This document shows positions 1 through 15,200 of a stretch of DNA of 64,000 nt, piece after piece. Origin of the DNA: Eledone cirrhosa (Eukaryota); assembly GCA_964016885.1 (NCBI GenBank), contig OZ024745.1:65658001-65722000 (forward strand), written 5' to 3'. How positions within the stretch are numbered: position 1 is the first letter of the stretch; each line of letters starts with the position of its first letter. The notes below the pieces were generated by a model, which did no database searches, was not told the DNA's origin, and worked only from the letters and a program-made list of their open reading frames with translations. A program made the position numbers and the translations under genes.

Positions 1-3000
1 ATTTTAGGAACTTTAGGAATTTTTATGTATTTTAGGAATTTTAGGAATTTTATGAATTTTAGGAATTTTAGGAATTTTAGGAATTTTAGGAATTTTAGGA
101 ATTTTAGGAATTTTAGGAATTTTAGGATTTTAAGAATTTTAGGAATTTTAATAATTTTAGGAATTTTAGGAATTTTTGGAATTTTGGGAATTTTAGGAAT
201 TTTAGGAATTTTAGGAATTTTAAGAATTTTAGGAATTTTAGGAATTTTTTGAATTTTCGGAATTTTAGGAATTTTAGGAATTTAGGAATTTTAGGAATTT
301 TAGGAATTTTAGGAATTTTTTGAATTTTAGGAATTTTAGGAATTTTAGGAACTTTAGGAATTTTTATGTATTTTAGGAATTTTAGGAATTTTATGAATTT
401 TAGGAATTTTAGGAATTTTAGGAATTTTAGGAATTTTAGGAATTTTAGGAATTTTAGGAATTTTAGGATTTTAAGAATTTTAGGAATTTTAGGAATTTTA
501 GGAATTTTAGGAATTTTAAGAATTTTAGGAATTTTCTGAATTTTTTTGAATTTTTGGAATTTTCTGAATTTTTAGGAATTTTCTGAATTTTCTGAATTAT
601 ATTAATTTTAGGAATTTTATGAATTTTAGGAATTTTAATAATTTTAGGAATTTTAGGAATTTTTGGAATTTTGGGAATTTTAGGAATTTTAGGAATTTTA
701 GGAATTTTAAGAATTTTAGGAATTTTAGGAATTTTTTGAATTTTCGGAATTTTAGGAATTTTAGGAATTTTAGGAATTTAGGAATTTTAGGAATTTTAGG
801 AATTTTAGGAATTTTTTGAATTTTAGGAATTTTAGGAATTTTAGGAACTTTAGGAATTTTAGGAATTTTAGGAATTTTAGGAATTTTAGGAATTTTAGGA
901 ATTTTAGGAATTTTAGGAATTTTAGGATTTTAAGAATTTTAGGAATTTTAGGAATTTTAGGAATTTTAGGAATTTTAAGAATTTTAGGAATTTTAGGAAT
1001 TTTTTTGAATTTTTTGAATTTTCTGAATTTTTAGGAATTTTCTGAATTTTCTGAATTATATAAATTTTAGGAATTTTATGAATTTTAAGAAATTCAAGAA
1101 TTTTAGGAATTTTTTGAATTTTTTGAATTTTAGGAATTTTCGTAATTTTTTCGAATTTTCGTAATTTTATGAATTTTTAGGAATTTTATTAATTTTATGA
1201 ATTTTATGAATTTTATGAATTTTAGGAATTTAGTTATTTTAGGAATTTTAGGAATTTTAGGAATTTAATGAATTTTTTGAATTTTAGGAATTTTAGGAAA
1301 TTTATGAATTTCTATGAATTTTAGGAATTTTAGGAATTTTAGGAATTTTAGGATTTTAAGAATTTTAGGAATTTTAGGAATTTTAGGAATTTTAGGAATT
1401 TTAAGAATTTTAGGAATTTTAGGAACTTTAGGAATTTTTATGTATTTTAGGAATTTTAGGAATTTTATGAATTTTAGGAATTTTATGAATTTTAGGTATT
1501 TTAGGAATTTTAGGAATTTTAGGAATTTTAGGAATTTTAGGATTTTAAGAATTTTAGGAATTTTAGGAATTTTAGGAATTTTAGGAATTTTAAGAATTTT
1601 AGGAATTTTAGGAATTTTTTGAATTCTCGGAATTTAATGAATTTTTAGGAATTTTATGAATTTTAGGAATTTTAGGAATTTTAGGAATTTTAGGAAGTTT
1701 AGGAATTTTAGGAATCTTAGGAATATTATGAACTTTTTGAATTTTAGGAATTTTATTAATTTTATGAATTTTATGAATTTTAGGAATTTTAATAATTTAA
1801 GGAATTTTATGAATTTTATGAATTTTAGGATATTTATGGATTTTTGGAATTTTAGGAATGTTAGGAATTTTAGGAATTTTAGGAATTTTAAGAATTTTAG
1901 GAATTTTAGGAATTTTATGAATTTTATGAATTTTATGAATTTTAAGAATTTTAGGAATTTTAGGAATTTTTTGAATTTTCGGAATTTTAGGAATTTTTAG
2001 GAATTTTATGAATTTTAGGAATTTTATAAATTTTAGGAATTTTAGGAATTTTAGGAATTTTATTAATTTTATGAACTTTTTGGAATTTGAGGAATTTTAC
2101 GAATTTTAGTAATTTTAGGAATTTTATAAATTTTATGAATTTTAGGAATTTTAGGAATTTTAGGAATTTTAGGAATTTTATGAATTTTATGTATTTTTAG
2201 GAATTTTAGGAATTTTAGGAATTTTAGGAATTGCAGGAATTTTTGGAATTTTATGAATTTTAAGAATTTTAGGAATTTTGAGGAATTTTTTGGAATTTTC
2301 GGAATTTTATGTATTTTTAGGAATTTTAGGAATTTTAGGAATTTTAATAATTTTATGAATTTTAGTAATTTTAGGAATTTTAAGAATTTTAGGAATTTTA
2401 GAAATTTTTTGGAATTTTAGGAATTTTAGGAATTTTAGGAATTTTAGGAATGTTATGAATTTTATGAATTTTAGGAATTTTAGGAATTTTTTTGAATTTT
2501 TGGAATTTTCTGAATTTTTAGGAATTTTCTGAATTTTCTGAATTATATAAATTTTAGGAATTTTATGAATTTTAAGAAATTCAAGAATTTTAGGAATTTT
2601 TTGAATTTTTTGAATTTTAGGAATTTTCGTAATTTTTTCGAATTTTCGTAATTTTATGAATTTTTAGGAATTTTATTAATTTTATGAATTTTATGAATTT
2701 TATGAATTTTATGAATTTAGTTATTTTAGGAATTTTAGGAATTTTAGGAATTTAAGGAATTTTTTGAATTTTAGGAATTTTAGGAATTTTAGGAAATTTA
2801 TTAATTTCTATGAATTTTAGGAATTTTAGGAATTTTAGGAATTTTAGGAATTTTAGGAATTTTAGGAATTTTAGGAATTTTTGGAATTTTAGGAATTTTA
2901 GGAATTTTAGGAATTTTTCGGAATTTTAGGAATTTTAGGAACATTAGAAATGTTATGAATTTTAGGAATTTTAGGAATTTTAGGAATTTTAGGAATTTTA

Positions 3001-3919
3001 GGAATTTTAATAATTTTAGGAATTTTAGGAATTTTTGGAATTTTGGGAATTTTAGGAATTTTAGGAATTTTAGGAATTTTAGGAATTTTAAGAATTTTAG
3101 GAATTTTAGGAATTTTTTGAATTTTCGGAATTTTAGGAATTTTAGGAATTTTAGGAATTTAGGAATTTTATTAATTTTAGGAATTTTATTAATTTTATGA
3201 ATTTTAGGAATTTTAGGAATTTTAGGAATTTTAGGAATTTTTGGAATTTTAGGAATTTTAGGAATTTTAGGAATTTTTCGGAATTTTCGGAATTTTAGGA
3301 ACATTAGAAATGTTATGAATTTTAGCAATTTTAGGAATTTTAGGAATTTTAGGAATTTTAGGAATTTTAATAATTTTAGGTATTTTAGGAATTTTTGGAA
3401 TTTTGGAAATTTTAAGAATTTTAGGAATTTTAGGAATTTTAAGAATTTTAGGAATTTTAGGAATTTTTTGAATTTTCGGAATTTTAGGAATTTTAGGAAT
3501 TTTAGGAATTTAGGAATTTTATTAATTTTAGGAATTTTATTAATTTTATGAATTTTAGGAATTTTAGGAATTTTAGGAATTTTAGGAATTTTTGGAATTT
3601 TAGGAATTTTAGGAATTTTAGGAATTTTTCGGAATTTTCGGAATTTTAGGAACATTAGAAATGTTATGAATTTTAGGAATTTTAGGAATTTTAGGAATTT
3701 TAGGAATTTTAGGAATTTAGGAATTTTATTAATTTTAGGAATTTTATTAATTTTATGAATTTTAGGAATTTTAGGAATTTTAGGAATTTTAGGAATTTTA
3801 GGAATTTTAGGATTTTAAGAATTTTAGGAATTTTAGGAATTTTAGGAATTTTAGGAATTTTAAGAATTTTAGGAATTTTAGGAATTTTTTGAATTCTCGG
3901 AATTTTAGGAATTTTTAGG

Positions 3920-6900
3920 AATTTTATGAATTTTAGGAATTTTATGAATTTTATGGATTTTTGGAATTTTAGGAATTTTGAGGAATTTTATAAATATTAG
4001 GAATTTTAGGAATATTAAGAATTTTAGGAATTTTAGGAATTTTTTGGAATTTTCGGAATTTTAAGAATTTTTAGGAATTTTAGGAATTTTATGAATTTTA
4101 TGAATTTTATGAATTTTAGGAATTTTAGGATTTTTATGAATTTTTGGAATTTTAGGAATGTTAGGAATTTTTTGAATTTTCGCAATTTAATGAATTTTTA
4201 GGAATTTTATGAATTTTATGAATTTTATGAATTTTAGGAATTTTAGGAATTTTAGGAATTTTAGGAATTTTAGGAATCTTAGGAATTTTATGAACTTTTG
4301 GAATTTTTGGAATTTTAGGAATTTTAGGAATTTTAGGAATTTTAGGAATTTTAGGATTTTAAGAATTTTAGGAATTTTAGGAATTTTAGGAATTTTAGGA
4401 ATTTTAAGAATTTTAGGAATTTTAGGAATTTTTTGAATTCTCGGAATTTAATGAATTTTTAGGAATTTTATGAATTTTATGAATTTTAGGAATTTTAGAA
4501 ATATTAGGAAGTTTAGGAATTTTAGGAATCTTAGGAATTTTATGAACTTTTTGAATTTTAGGAATTTTATTAATTTTATGAATTTTATGAATTTTAGGAA
4601 TTTTAATAATTTAAGGAATTTTATGAATTTTATGAATTTTATGAATTTTATGAATTTTAGGATATTTATGGATTTTTGGAATTTTAGGAATGTTAGGAAT
4701 TTTAGGAATATTTGGAATTTTATGAATTTTATGAATTTTAGAAATGTTATGAATTTTAAGAATTTTAGGAATTTTTGGAATTTTTGGAATTTTAGGAATT
4801 TTAGGAATTTTAGGAATTTTAGGAATTTTAAGAATTTTAGGAATTTTAGGAGTTTTATGAATTTTATGAATTTTATGAATTTTAAGAATTTTAGGAATTT
4901 TAGGAATTTTTTGAATTTTCGGAATTTTAGGAATTTTTAGGAATTTTATGAATTTTATGAATTTTATAAATTTTAGGAATTTTAGGAATTTTAGGAATTT
5001 TATTAATTTTATGAACTTTTTGGAATTTGAGGAATTTTAGGAATTTTACGAATTTTAGTAATTTTAGGAATTTTATAAATTTTATGAATTTTAGGAATTT
5101 TAGGAATTTTATGAATTTTAGGAATTTTAGGAATTTTATGAATTTTATGTATTTTTAGGAATTTTAGGAATTTTAGGAATTTTAGGAATTTTGGGAATTT
5201 TATGAATTTTATGAATTTTAGAAATGTTATGAATTTTAGGAATTTTAGGGATTTTAGGAATTTTAGGAATTTTAAGAATTTTAGGAATTTTAGGAATTTT
5301 TTTGAATTTTTGGAATTTTCTGAATTTTTAGGAATTTTCTGAATTTTCTGAATTATATAAATTTTAGGAATTTTATGAATTTTAAGAAATTCAAGAATTT
5401 TAGGAATTTTTTGAATTTTTTGAATTTTAGGAGTTTTCGTAATTTTTTCGAATTTTCGTAATTTTATGAATTTTTAGGAATTTTATTAATTTTATGAATT
5501 TTATGAATTTTATGAATTTTAGGAATTTAGTTATTTTAGGAATTTTAGGAATTTTAGGAATTTAAGGAATTTTTTGAATTTTAGGAATTTTAGGAAATTT
5601 ATGAATTTCTATGAATTTTAGGAATTTTAGGAATTTTAGGAATTTTAGGAATTTTAGGAATTTTTGGAATTTTAGGAATTTTAGGAATTTTAGGAATTTT
5701 TCGGAATTTTCGGAATTTTATGAACATTAGAAATGTTATGAATTTTAGGAATTTTAGGAATTTTTTTGAATTTTTGGAATTTTCTGAATTTTTAGGAATT
5801 TTCTGAATGTTCTGAATTATATAAATTTTAGGAATTTTATGAATTTTAAGAAATTCAAGAATTTTAGGAATTTTTTGAACTTTTTGAATTTTAGGAATTT
5901 TCGTAATTTTTTCGAATTTTCGTAATTTTATGAATTTTTAGGAATTTTATTAATTTTATGAATTTTATGAATTTTATGAATTTTAGGAATTTAGTTATTT
6001 TAGGAATTTTAGGAATTTTAGGAATTTAAGGAATTTTTTGAATTTTAGGAATTTTAGGAAATTTATGAATTTCTATGAATTTTAGGAATTTTAGGAATTT
6101 TAGGAATTTTAGGAATTTTAGGAATTTTAGGAATTTTAGGAATTTTAGGAATTTTTGGAATTTTAGGAATTTTAGGAATTTTAGGAATTTTTCGGAATTT
6201 TCGGAATTTTAGGAACATTAGAAATGTTATGAATCTTAGGAATTTTAGGAATTTTAGGAATTTTAGGAATTTTAATAATTTTAGAAATTTTAGGAATTTT
6301 TGGAATTTTGGGAATTTTAGGAATTTTAGGAATTTTAAGAATTTTAGGAATTTTAGGAATTTTTTGAATTTTCGGAATTTTAGGAATTTTAGGAATTTTA
6401 GGAATTTAGGAATTTTAGGAATTTTAGGAATTATAGGAATTTTTTGAATTTTAGGAATTTTAGGAATTTTAGGAACTTTAGGAATTTTTATGTATTTTAG
6501 GAATTTTAGGAATTTTATGAATTTTAGGAATTTTAGGAATTTTATGAATTTTATGAATTTTATGAATTTTAGGAATTTTGAGGAATTTTTTTGAATTTTC
6601 GGAATCTTATGTATTTTTAGGAATTTTAGGAATTTTAGCAATTTTAGGAATTTTAGGAATTTTGGGAATTTTAGGAATTTTATGAATTTTTAGGAATTTT
6701 AGGAATTTTAGGAATTTTATAAATATTAGGAATTTTAGGAATATTAAGAATTTTAGGAATTTTAGGAATTTTTTGGAATTTTCGGAATTTTAGGAATTTT
6801 TAGAAATTTTAGGAATTTTATGAATTTTATGAATGTTATGAATTTTATGAATTTTTTGAATTTTAGGAATGTTAGGAATTTTAGGAATTTTTGGAATTTT

Positions 6901-9900
6901 ATGAATTTTATGAATTTTAGAAATGTTATGAAATTTAGGAATTTTAGGAATTTTGGGAATTTTGGTAATTTTAGGAATTTTAGGAATTTTAGGAATTTTT
7001 GAATTTTAGGAATTTTAGGAATTTTAGGAATTTTTTGAATTTTAGGAATTTTAGGAATTTTAGGAATTTTTATGTATTTTAGGAATTTTAGGAATTTTAG
7101 GAATTTTAGGAATTTTAGGAATTTTAGGTATTTTATGAATTATATGAATTTTTTGAATTTTAGTAATTTTAGGAATTTTAGGAATTTTAGGAATTTTTAT
7201 GTATTTTAGGAATTTTAGGAATTTTATGAATTTTAGGAATTTTAGGAATTTTAGGAATTTTAGGAATTTTATGAATTTTATGGATTTTTGGAATTTTAGG
7301 AATTTTGAGGAATTTTATAAATATTAGGAATTTTAGGAATATTAAGAATTTTAGGAATTTTAGGAATTTTTTGGAATTTTCGGAATTTTAAGAATTTTTA
7401 GGAATTTTAGGAATTTTATGAATTTTATGAATTTTATGAATTTTAGGAATTTTAGGATTTTTATGAATTTTTGGAATTTTAGGAATGTTAGGAATTTTTT
7501 GAATTTTCGCAATTTAATGAATTTTTAGGAATTTTATGAATTTTATGAATTTTATGAATTTTAGGAATTTTAGGAATTTTAGGAATTTTAGGAATCTTAG
7601 GAATTTTATGAACTTTTGGAATTTTTGGAATTTTAGGAATTTTAGGAATTTTAGGAATTTTAGGATTTTAAGAATTTTAGGAATTTTAGGAATTTTAGGA
7701 ATTTTAGGAATTTTAAGAATTTTAGGAATTTTAGGAATTTTTTGAATTCTCGGAATTTAATGAATTTTTAGGAATTTTATGAATTTTATGAATTTTAGGA
7801 ATTTTAGAAATATTAGGAAGTTTAGGAATTTTAGGAATCTTAGGAATTTTATGAACTTTTTGAATTTTAGGAATTTTATTAATTTTATGAATTTTATGAA
7901 TTTTAGGAATTTTAATAATTTAAGGAATTTTATGAATTTTATGAATTTTATGAATTTTATGAATTTTAGGATATTTATGGATTTTTGGAATTTTAGGAAT
8001 GTTAGGAATTTTAGGAATATTTGGAATTTTATGAATTTTATGAATTTTAGAAATGTTATGAATTTTAAGAATTTTAGGAATTTTTGGAATTTTTGGAATT
8101 TTAGGAATTTTAGGAATTTTAGGAATTTTAGGAATTTTAAGAATTTTAGGAATTTTAGGAGTTTTATGAATTTTATGAATTTTATGAATTTTAAGAATTT
8201 TAGGAATTTTAGGAATTTTTTGAATTTTCGGAATTTTAGGAATTTTTAGGAATTTTATGAATTTTATGAATTTTATAAATTTTAGGAATTTTAGGAATTT
8301 TAGGAATTTTATTAATTTTATGAACTTTTTGGAATTTGAGGAATTTTAGGAATTTTACGAATTTTAGTAATTTTAGGAATTTTATAAATTTTATGAATTT
8401 TAGGAATTTTAGGAATTTTATGAATTTTAGGAATTTTAGGAATTTTATGAATTTTATGTATTTTTAGGAATTTTAGGAATTTTAGGAATTTTAGGAATTT
8501 TGGGAATTTTATGAATTTTATGAATTTTAGAAATGTTATGAATTTTAGGAATTTTAGGGATTTTAGGAATTTTAGGAATTTTAAGAATTTTAGGAATTTT
8601 AGGAATTTTTTTGAATTTTTGGAATTTTCTGAATTTTTAGGAATTTTCTGAATTTTCTGAATTATATAAATTTTAGGAATTTTATGAATTTTAAGAAATT
8701 CAAGAATTTTAGGAATTTTTTGAATTTTTTGAATTTTAGGAGTTTTCGTAATTTTATGAATTTTTAGGAATTTTATTAATTTTATGAATTTTATGAATTT
8801 TATGAATTTTAGGAATTTAGTTATTTTAGGAATTTTAGGAATTTTAGGAATTTAAGGAATTTTTTGAATTTTAGGAATTTTAGGAAATTTATGAATTTCT
8901 ATGAATTTTAGGAATTTTAGGAATTTTAGGAATTTTAGGAATTTTAGGAATTTTTGGAATTTTAGGAATTTTAGGAATTTTAGGAATTTTTCGGAATTTT
9001 CGGAATTTTATGAACATTAGAAATGTTATGAATTTTAGGAATTTTAGGAATTTTTTTGAATTTTTGGAATTTTCTGAATTTTTAGGAATTTTCTGAATGT
9101 TCTGAATTATATAAATTTTAGGAATTTTATGAATTTTAAGAAATTCAAGAATTTTAGGAATTTTTTGAACTTTTTGAATTTTAGGAATTTTCGTAATTTT
9201 TTCGAATTTTCGTAATTTTATGAATTTTTAGGAATTTTATTAATTTTATGAATTTTATGAATTTTATGAATTTTAGGAATTTAGTTATTTTAGGAATTTT
9301 AGGAATTTTAGGAATTTAAGGAATTTTTTGAATTTTAGGAATTTTAGGAAATTTATGAATTTCTATGAATTTTAGGAATTTTAGGAATTTTAGGAATTTT
9401 AGGAATTTTAGGAATTTTAGGAATTTTAGGAATTTTAGGAATTTTTGGAATTTTAGGAATTTTAGGAATTTTAGGAATTTTTCGGAATTTTCGGAATTTT
9501 AGGAACATTAGAAATGTTATGAATCTTAGGAATTTTAGGAATTTTAGGAATTTTAGGAATTTTAATAATTTTAGAAATTTTAGGAATTTTTGGAATTTTG
9601 GGAATTTTAGGAATTTTAGGAATTTTAAGAATTTTAGGAATTTTAGGAATTTTTTGAATTTTCGGAATTTTAGGAATTTTAGGAATTTTAGGAATTTAGG
9701 AATTTTAGGAATTTTAGGAATTATAGGAATTTTTTGAATTTTAGGAATTTTAGGAATTTTAGGAACTTTAGGAATTTTTATGTATTTTAGGAATTTTAGG
9801 AATTTTATGAATTTTAGGAATTTTAGGAATTTTATGAATTTTATGAATTTTATGAATTTTAGGAATTTTGAGGAATTTTTTTGAATTTTCGGAATCTTAT

Positions 9901-12240
9901 GTATTTTTAGGAATTTTAGGAATTTTAGCAATTTTAGGAATTTTAGGAATTTTGGGAATTTTAGGAATTTTATGAATTTTTAGGAATTTTAGGAATTTTA
10001 GGAATTTTATAAATATTAGGAATTTTAGGAATATTAAGAATTTTAGGAATTTTAGGAATTTTTTGGAATTTTCGGAATTTTAGGAATTTTTAGAAATTTT
10101 AGGAATTTTATGAATTTTATGAATGTTATGAATTTTATGAATTTTTTGAATTTTAGGAATGTTAGGAATTTTAGGAATTTTTGGAATTTTATGAATTTTA
10201 TGAATTTTAGAAATGTTATGAAATTTAGGAATTTTAGGAATTTTGGGAATTTTGGTAATTTTAGGAATTTTAGGAATTTTAGGAATTTTTGAATTTTAGG
10301 AATTTTAGGAATTTTAGGAATTTTTTGAATTTTAGGAATTTTAGGAATTTTAGGAATTTTTATGTATTTTAGGAATTTTAGGAATTTTAGGAATTTTAGG
10401 AATTTTAGGAATTTTAGGTATTTTATGAATTATATGAATTTTTTGAATTTTAGTAATTTTAGGAATTTTAGGAATTTTAGGAATTTTTATGTATTTTAGG
10501 AATTTTAGGAATTTTATGAATTTTAGGAATTTTAGGAATTTTAGGAATTTTAGGAATTTTATGAATTTTATGGATTTTTGGAATTTTAGGAATTTTGAGG
10601 AATTTTATAAATATTAGGAATTTTAGGAATATTAAGAATTTTAGGAATTTTAGGAATTTTTTGGAATTTTCGGAATTTTAAGAATTTTTAGGAATTTTAG
10701 GAATTTTATGAATTTTATGAATTTTATGAATTTTAGGAATTTTAGGATTTTTATGAATTTTTGGAATTTTAGGAATGTTAGGAATTTTTTGAATTTTCGC
10801 AATTTAATGAATTTTTAGGAATTTTATGAATTTTATGAATTTTATGAATTTTAGGAATTTTAGGAATTTTAGGAATTTTAGGAATCTTAGGAATTTTATG
10901 AACTTTTGGAATTTTTGGAATTTTAGGAATTTTAGGAATTTTAGGAATTTTAGGATTTTAAGAATTTTAGGAATTTTAGGAATTTTAGGAATTTTAGGAA
11001 TTTTAAGAATTTTAGGAATTTTAGGAATTTTTTGAATTCTCGGAATTTAATGAATTTTTAGGAATTTTATGAATTTTATGAATTTTAGGAATTTTAGAAA
11101 TATTAGGAAGTTTAGGAATTTTAGGAATCTTAGGAATTTTATGAACTTTTTGAATTTTAGGAATTTTATTAATTTTATGAATTTTATGAATTTTAGGAAT
11201 TTTAATAATTTAAGGAATTTTATGAATTTTATGAATTTTATGAATTTTATGAATTTTAGGATATTTATGGATTTTTGGAATTTTAGGAATGTTAGGAATT
11301 TTAGGAATATTTGGAATTTTATGAATTTTATGAATTTTAGAAATGTTATGAATTTTAAGAATTTTAGGAATTTTTGGAATTTTTGGAATTTTAGGAATTT
11401 TAGGAATTTTAGGAATTTTAGGAATTTTAAGAATTTTAGGAATTTTAGGAGTTTTATGAATTTTATGAATTTTATGAATTTTAAGAATTTTAGGAATTTT
11501 AGGAATTTTTTGAATTTTCGGAATTTTAGGAATTTTTAGGAATTTTATGAATTTTATGAATTTTATAAATTTTAGGAATTTTAGGAATTTTAGGAATTTT
11601 ATTAATTTTATGAACTTTTTGGAATTTGAGGAATTTTAGGAATTTTACGAATTTTAGTAATTTTAGGAATTTTATAAATTTTATGAATTTTAGGAATTTT
11701 AGGAATTTTATGAATTTTAGGAATTTTAGGAATTTTATGAATTTTATGTATTTTTAGGAATTTTAGGAATTTTAGGAATTTTAGGAATTTTGGGAATTTT
11801 ATGAATTTTATGAATTTTAGAAATGTTATGAATTTTAGGAATTTTAGGGATTTTAGGAATTTTAGGAATTTTAAGAATTTTAGGAATTTTAGGAATTTTT
11901 TTGAATTTTTGGAATTTTCTGAATTTTTAGGAATTTTCTGAATTTTCTGAATTATATAAATTTTAGGAATTTTATGAATTTTAAGAAATTCAAGAATTTT
12001 AGGAATTTTTTGAATTTTTTGAATTTTAGGAGTTTTCGTAATTTTATGAATTTTTAGGAATTTTATTAATTTTATGAATTTTATGAATTTTATGAATTTT
12101 AGGAATTTAGTTATTTTAGGAATTTTAGGAATTTTAGGAATTTAAGGAATTTTTTGAATTTTAGGAATTTTAGGAAATTTATGAATTTCTATGAATTTTA
12201 GGAATTTTAGGAATTTTAGGAATTTTAGGAATTTTAGGAA
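3920..12240. repeat. ~3.3-kb higher-order repeat domain (about 2.5 copies)
   Basis: Identical ORF-track strings at 4470/7779/11069 (offsets 3309, 3290), 6063/9353 and 6820/10110 (3290). Private variant TTAGGG at 5245, 8554 and 11844. Confidence 0.9.
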
Positions 12241-12299
12241 TTTTAGGAATTTTAGGAATTTTTGGAATTTTTGGAATTTTAGGAATTTTAGGAATTTTA

Positions 12300-15200
12300 G
12301 GAATTTTTCGGAATTTTCGGAATTTTAGGAACATTAGAAATGTTATGAATTTTAGGAATTTTAGGAATTTTAGGAATTTTAGGAATTTTAGGAATTTTAA
12401 TAATTTTAGGAATTTTAGGAATTTTTGGAATTTTGGGAATTTTAGGAATTTTAGGAATTTTAGGAATTTTAGGAATTTTAAGAATTTTAGGAATTTTAGG
12501 AATTTTTTGAATTTTCGGAATTTTAGGAATTTTAGGAATTTTAGGAATTTAGGAATTTTATTAATTTTATGAATTTTATTAATTTTATGAATTTTAGGAA
12601 TTTTAGGAATTTTAGGAATTTAGTTATTTTAGGAATTTTAGGAATTTTAGGAATTTAAGGAATTTTTTGAATTTTAGGAATTTTAGGAAATTTATGAATT
12701 TCTATGAATTTTAGGAATTTTAGGAATTTTAGGAATTTTAGGAATTTTAGGAATTTTAGGAATTTTTGGAATTTTTGGAATTTTAGGAATTTTAGGAATT
12801 TTAGGAATTTTTCGGAATTTTCGGAATTTTAGGAACATTAGAAATGTTATGAATTTTAGCAATTTTAGGAATTTTAGGAATTTTAGGAATTTTAAGAATT
12901 TTCGGAATTTTAGGAATTTTTTGAATTTTCGGAATTTTAGGAATTTTAGGAATTTTAGGAATTTAGGAATTTTAGGAATTTTAGGAATTTTAGGAATTTT
13001 TTGAATTTTAGGAATTTTAGGAATTTTAGGAACTTTAGGAATTTTTATGTATTTTAGGAATTTTAGGAATTTTATGAATTTTAGGAATTTTAGGAATTTT
13101 AGGTATTTTAGGAATTTTAGGAATTTTAGGAATTTTAGGAATTTTAGGAATTTTAGGAATTTTAGGAATTTTAAGAATTTTATGAATTTTAAGAATTTTA
13201 GGAATTTTAGGAATTTTTTGAATTTTCGGAATTTTAGGAATTTTTAGGAATTTTATGAATTTTAGGAATTTTATAAATTTTAGGAATTTTAGGAATTTTT
13301 TGAATTCTCGGAATTTAATGAATTTTTATGAATTTTATGAATTTTAGGAATTTTAGGAATTTTAGGAATTTTAGGAAGTTTAGGAATTTTAGGAATCTTA
13401 GGAATATTATGAACTTTTTGAATTTTAGGAATTTTATTAATTTTATGAATTTTATGAATTTTAGGAATTTTAATAATTTAAGGAATTTTATGAATTTTAT
13501 GAATTTTATTAATTTTATGAATTTTATGATATTTATGGATTTTTGGAATTTTAGGAATGTTAGGAATTTTAGGAATTTTAGGAATTTTAAGAATTTTAGG
13601 AATTTTAGGAATTTTATGAATTTTATGAATTTTATGAATTTTAAGAATTTTAGGAATTTTAGGAATTTTTTGAATTTTCGGAATTTTAGGAATTTTTAGG
13701 AATTTTATGAATTTTAGGAATTTTATAAATTTTAGGAATTTTAGGAATTTTAGGAATTTTATTAATTTTATGAACTTTTTGGAATTTGAGGAATTTTACG
13801 AATTTTACGAATTTTACGAATTTTAGGAATTTTATAAATTTTATGAATTTTAGGAATTTTAGGAATTTTATGAATTTTAGGAATTTTAGGAATTTTATGA
13901 ATTTTATGTATTTTTAGGAATTTTAGGAATTTTAGGAATTTTAGGAATTGCAGGAATTTTTGGAATTTTATGAATTTTAAGAATTTTAGGAATTTTGAGG
14001 AATTTTTTGGAATTTTCGGAATTTTATGTATTTTTAGGAATTTTAGGAATTTTCATAATTTTATGAATTTTAGTAATTTTAGGAATTTTAAGAATTTTAG
14101 GAATTTTAGAAATTTTTTGGAATTTTAGGAATTTTAGGAATTTTAGGAATTTTAGGAATGTTATGAATTTTATGAATTTTATGAATTTTAGGAATTTTAG
14201 GATTTTTATGAATTTTTGGAATTTTAGGAATTTTAGGAACTTTAGGAATTTTGGGAATTTTATGAATTTTATGAATTTTAGAAATGTTATGAATTTTAGG
14301 AATTTTAGGAATTTTAGGAATTTTAGGAATTTTAAGAATTTTAGGAATTTTAGGAATTTTTTTGAATTTTTGGAATTTTCTGAATTTTTAGGAATTTTCT
14401 GAATTTTCTGAATTATATAAATTTTAGGAATTTTATGAATTTTAAGAAATTCAAGAATTTTAGGAATTTTTTGAATTTTTTGAATTTTAGGAATTTTCGT
14501 AATTTTTTCGAATTTTCGTAATTTTATGAATTTTTAGGAATTTTATTAATTTTATGAATTTTATGAATTTTATAAATTTTAGGAATTTAGTTATTTTAGG
14601 AATTTTAGGAATTTTAGGAATTTAAGGAATTTTTTGAATTTTAGGAATTTTAGGAAATTTATGAATTTCTATGAATTTTAGGAATTTTAGGAATTTTAGG
14701 AATTTTAGGAATTTTAGGAATTTTAGGAATTTTAGGAATTTTAGGAATTTTAGGAATTTTAGGAATTTTAGGAATTTTAATAATTTTAGGAATTTTAGGA
14801 ATTTTTGGAATTTTGGGAATTTTAGGAATTTTAGGAATTTTAGGAATTTTAAGAATTTTAGGAATTTTAGGAATTTTTTGAATTTTCGGAATTTTAGGAA
14901 TTTTAGGAATTTTAGGAATTTAGGAATTTTATTAATTTTAGGAATTTTATTAATTTTATGAATTTTAGGAATTTTAGGAATTTTAGGAATTTAGTTATTT
15001 TAGGAATTTTAGGAATTTTAGGAATTTAAGGAATTTTTTGAATTTTAGGAATTTTAGGAAATTTATGAATTTCTATGAATTTTAGGAATTTTAGGAATTT
15101 TAGGAATTTTAGGAATTTTAGGAATTTTAGGAATTTTAGGAATTTTAGTAATTTTAGGAATTTTAGGAATTTTTGGAATTTTAGGAATTTTAGGAATTTT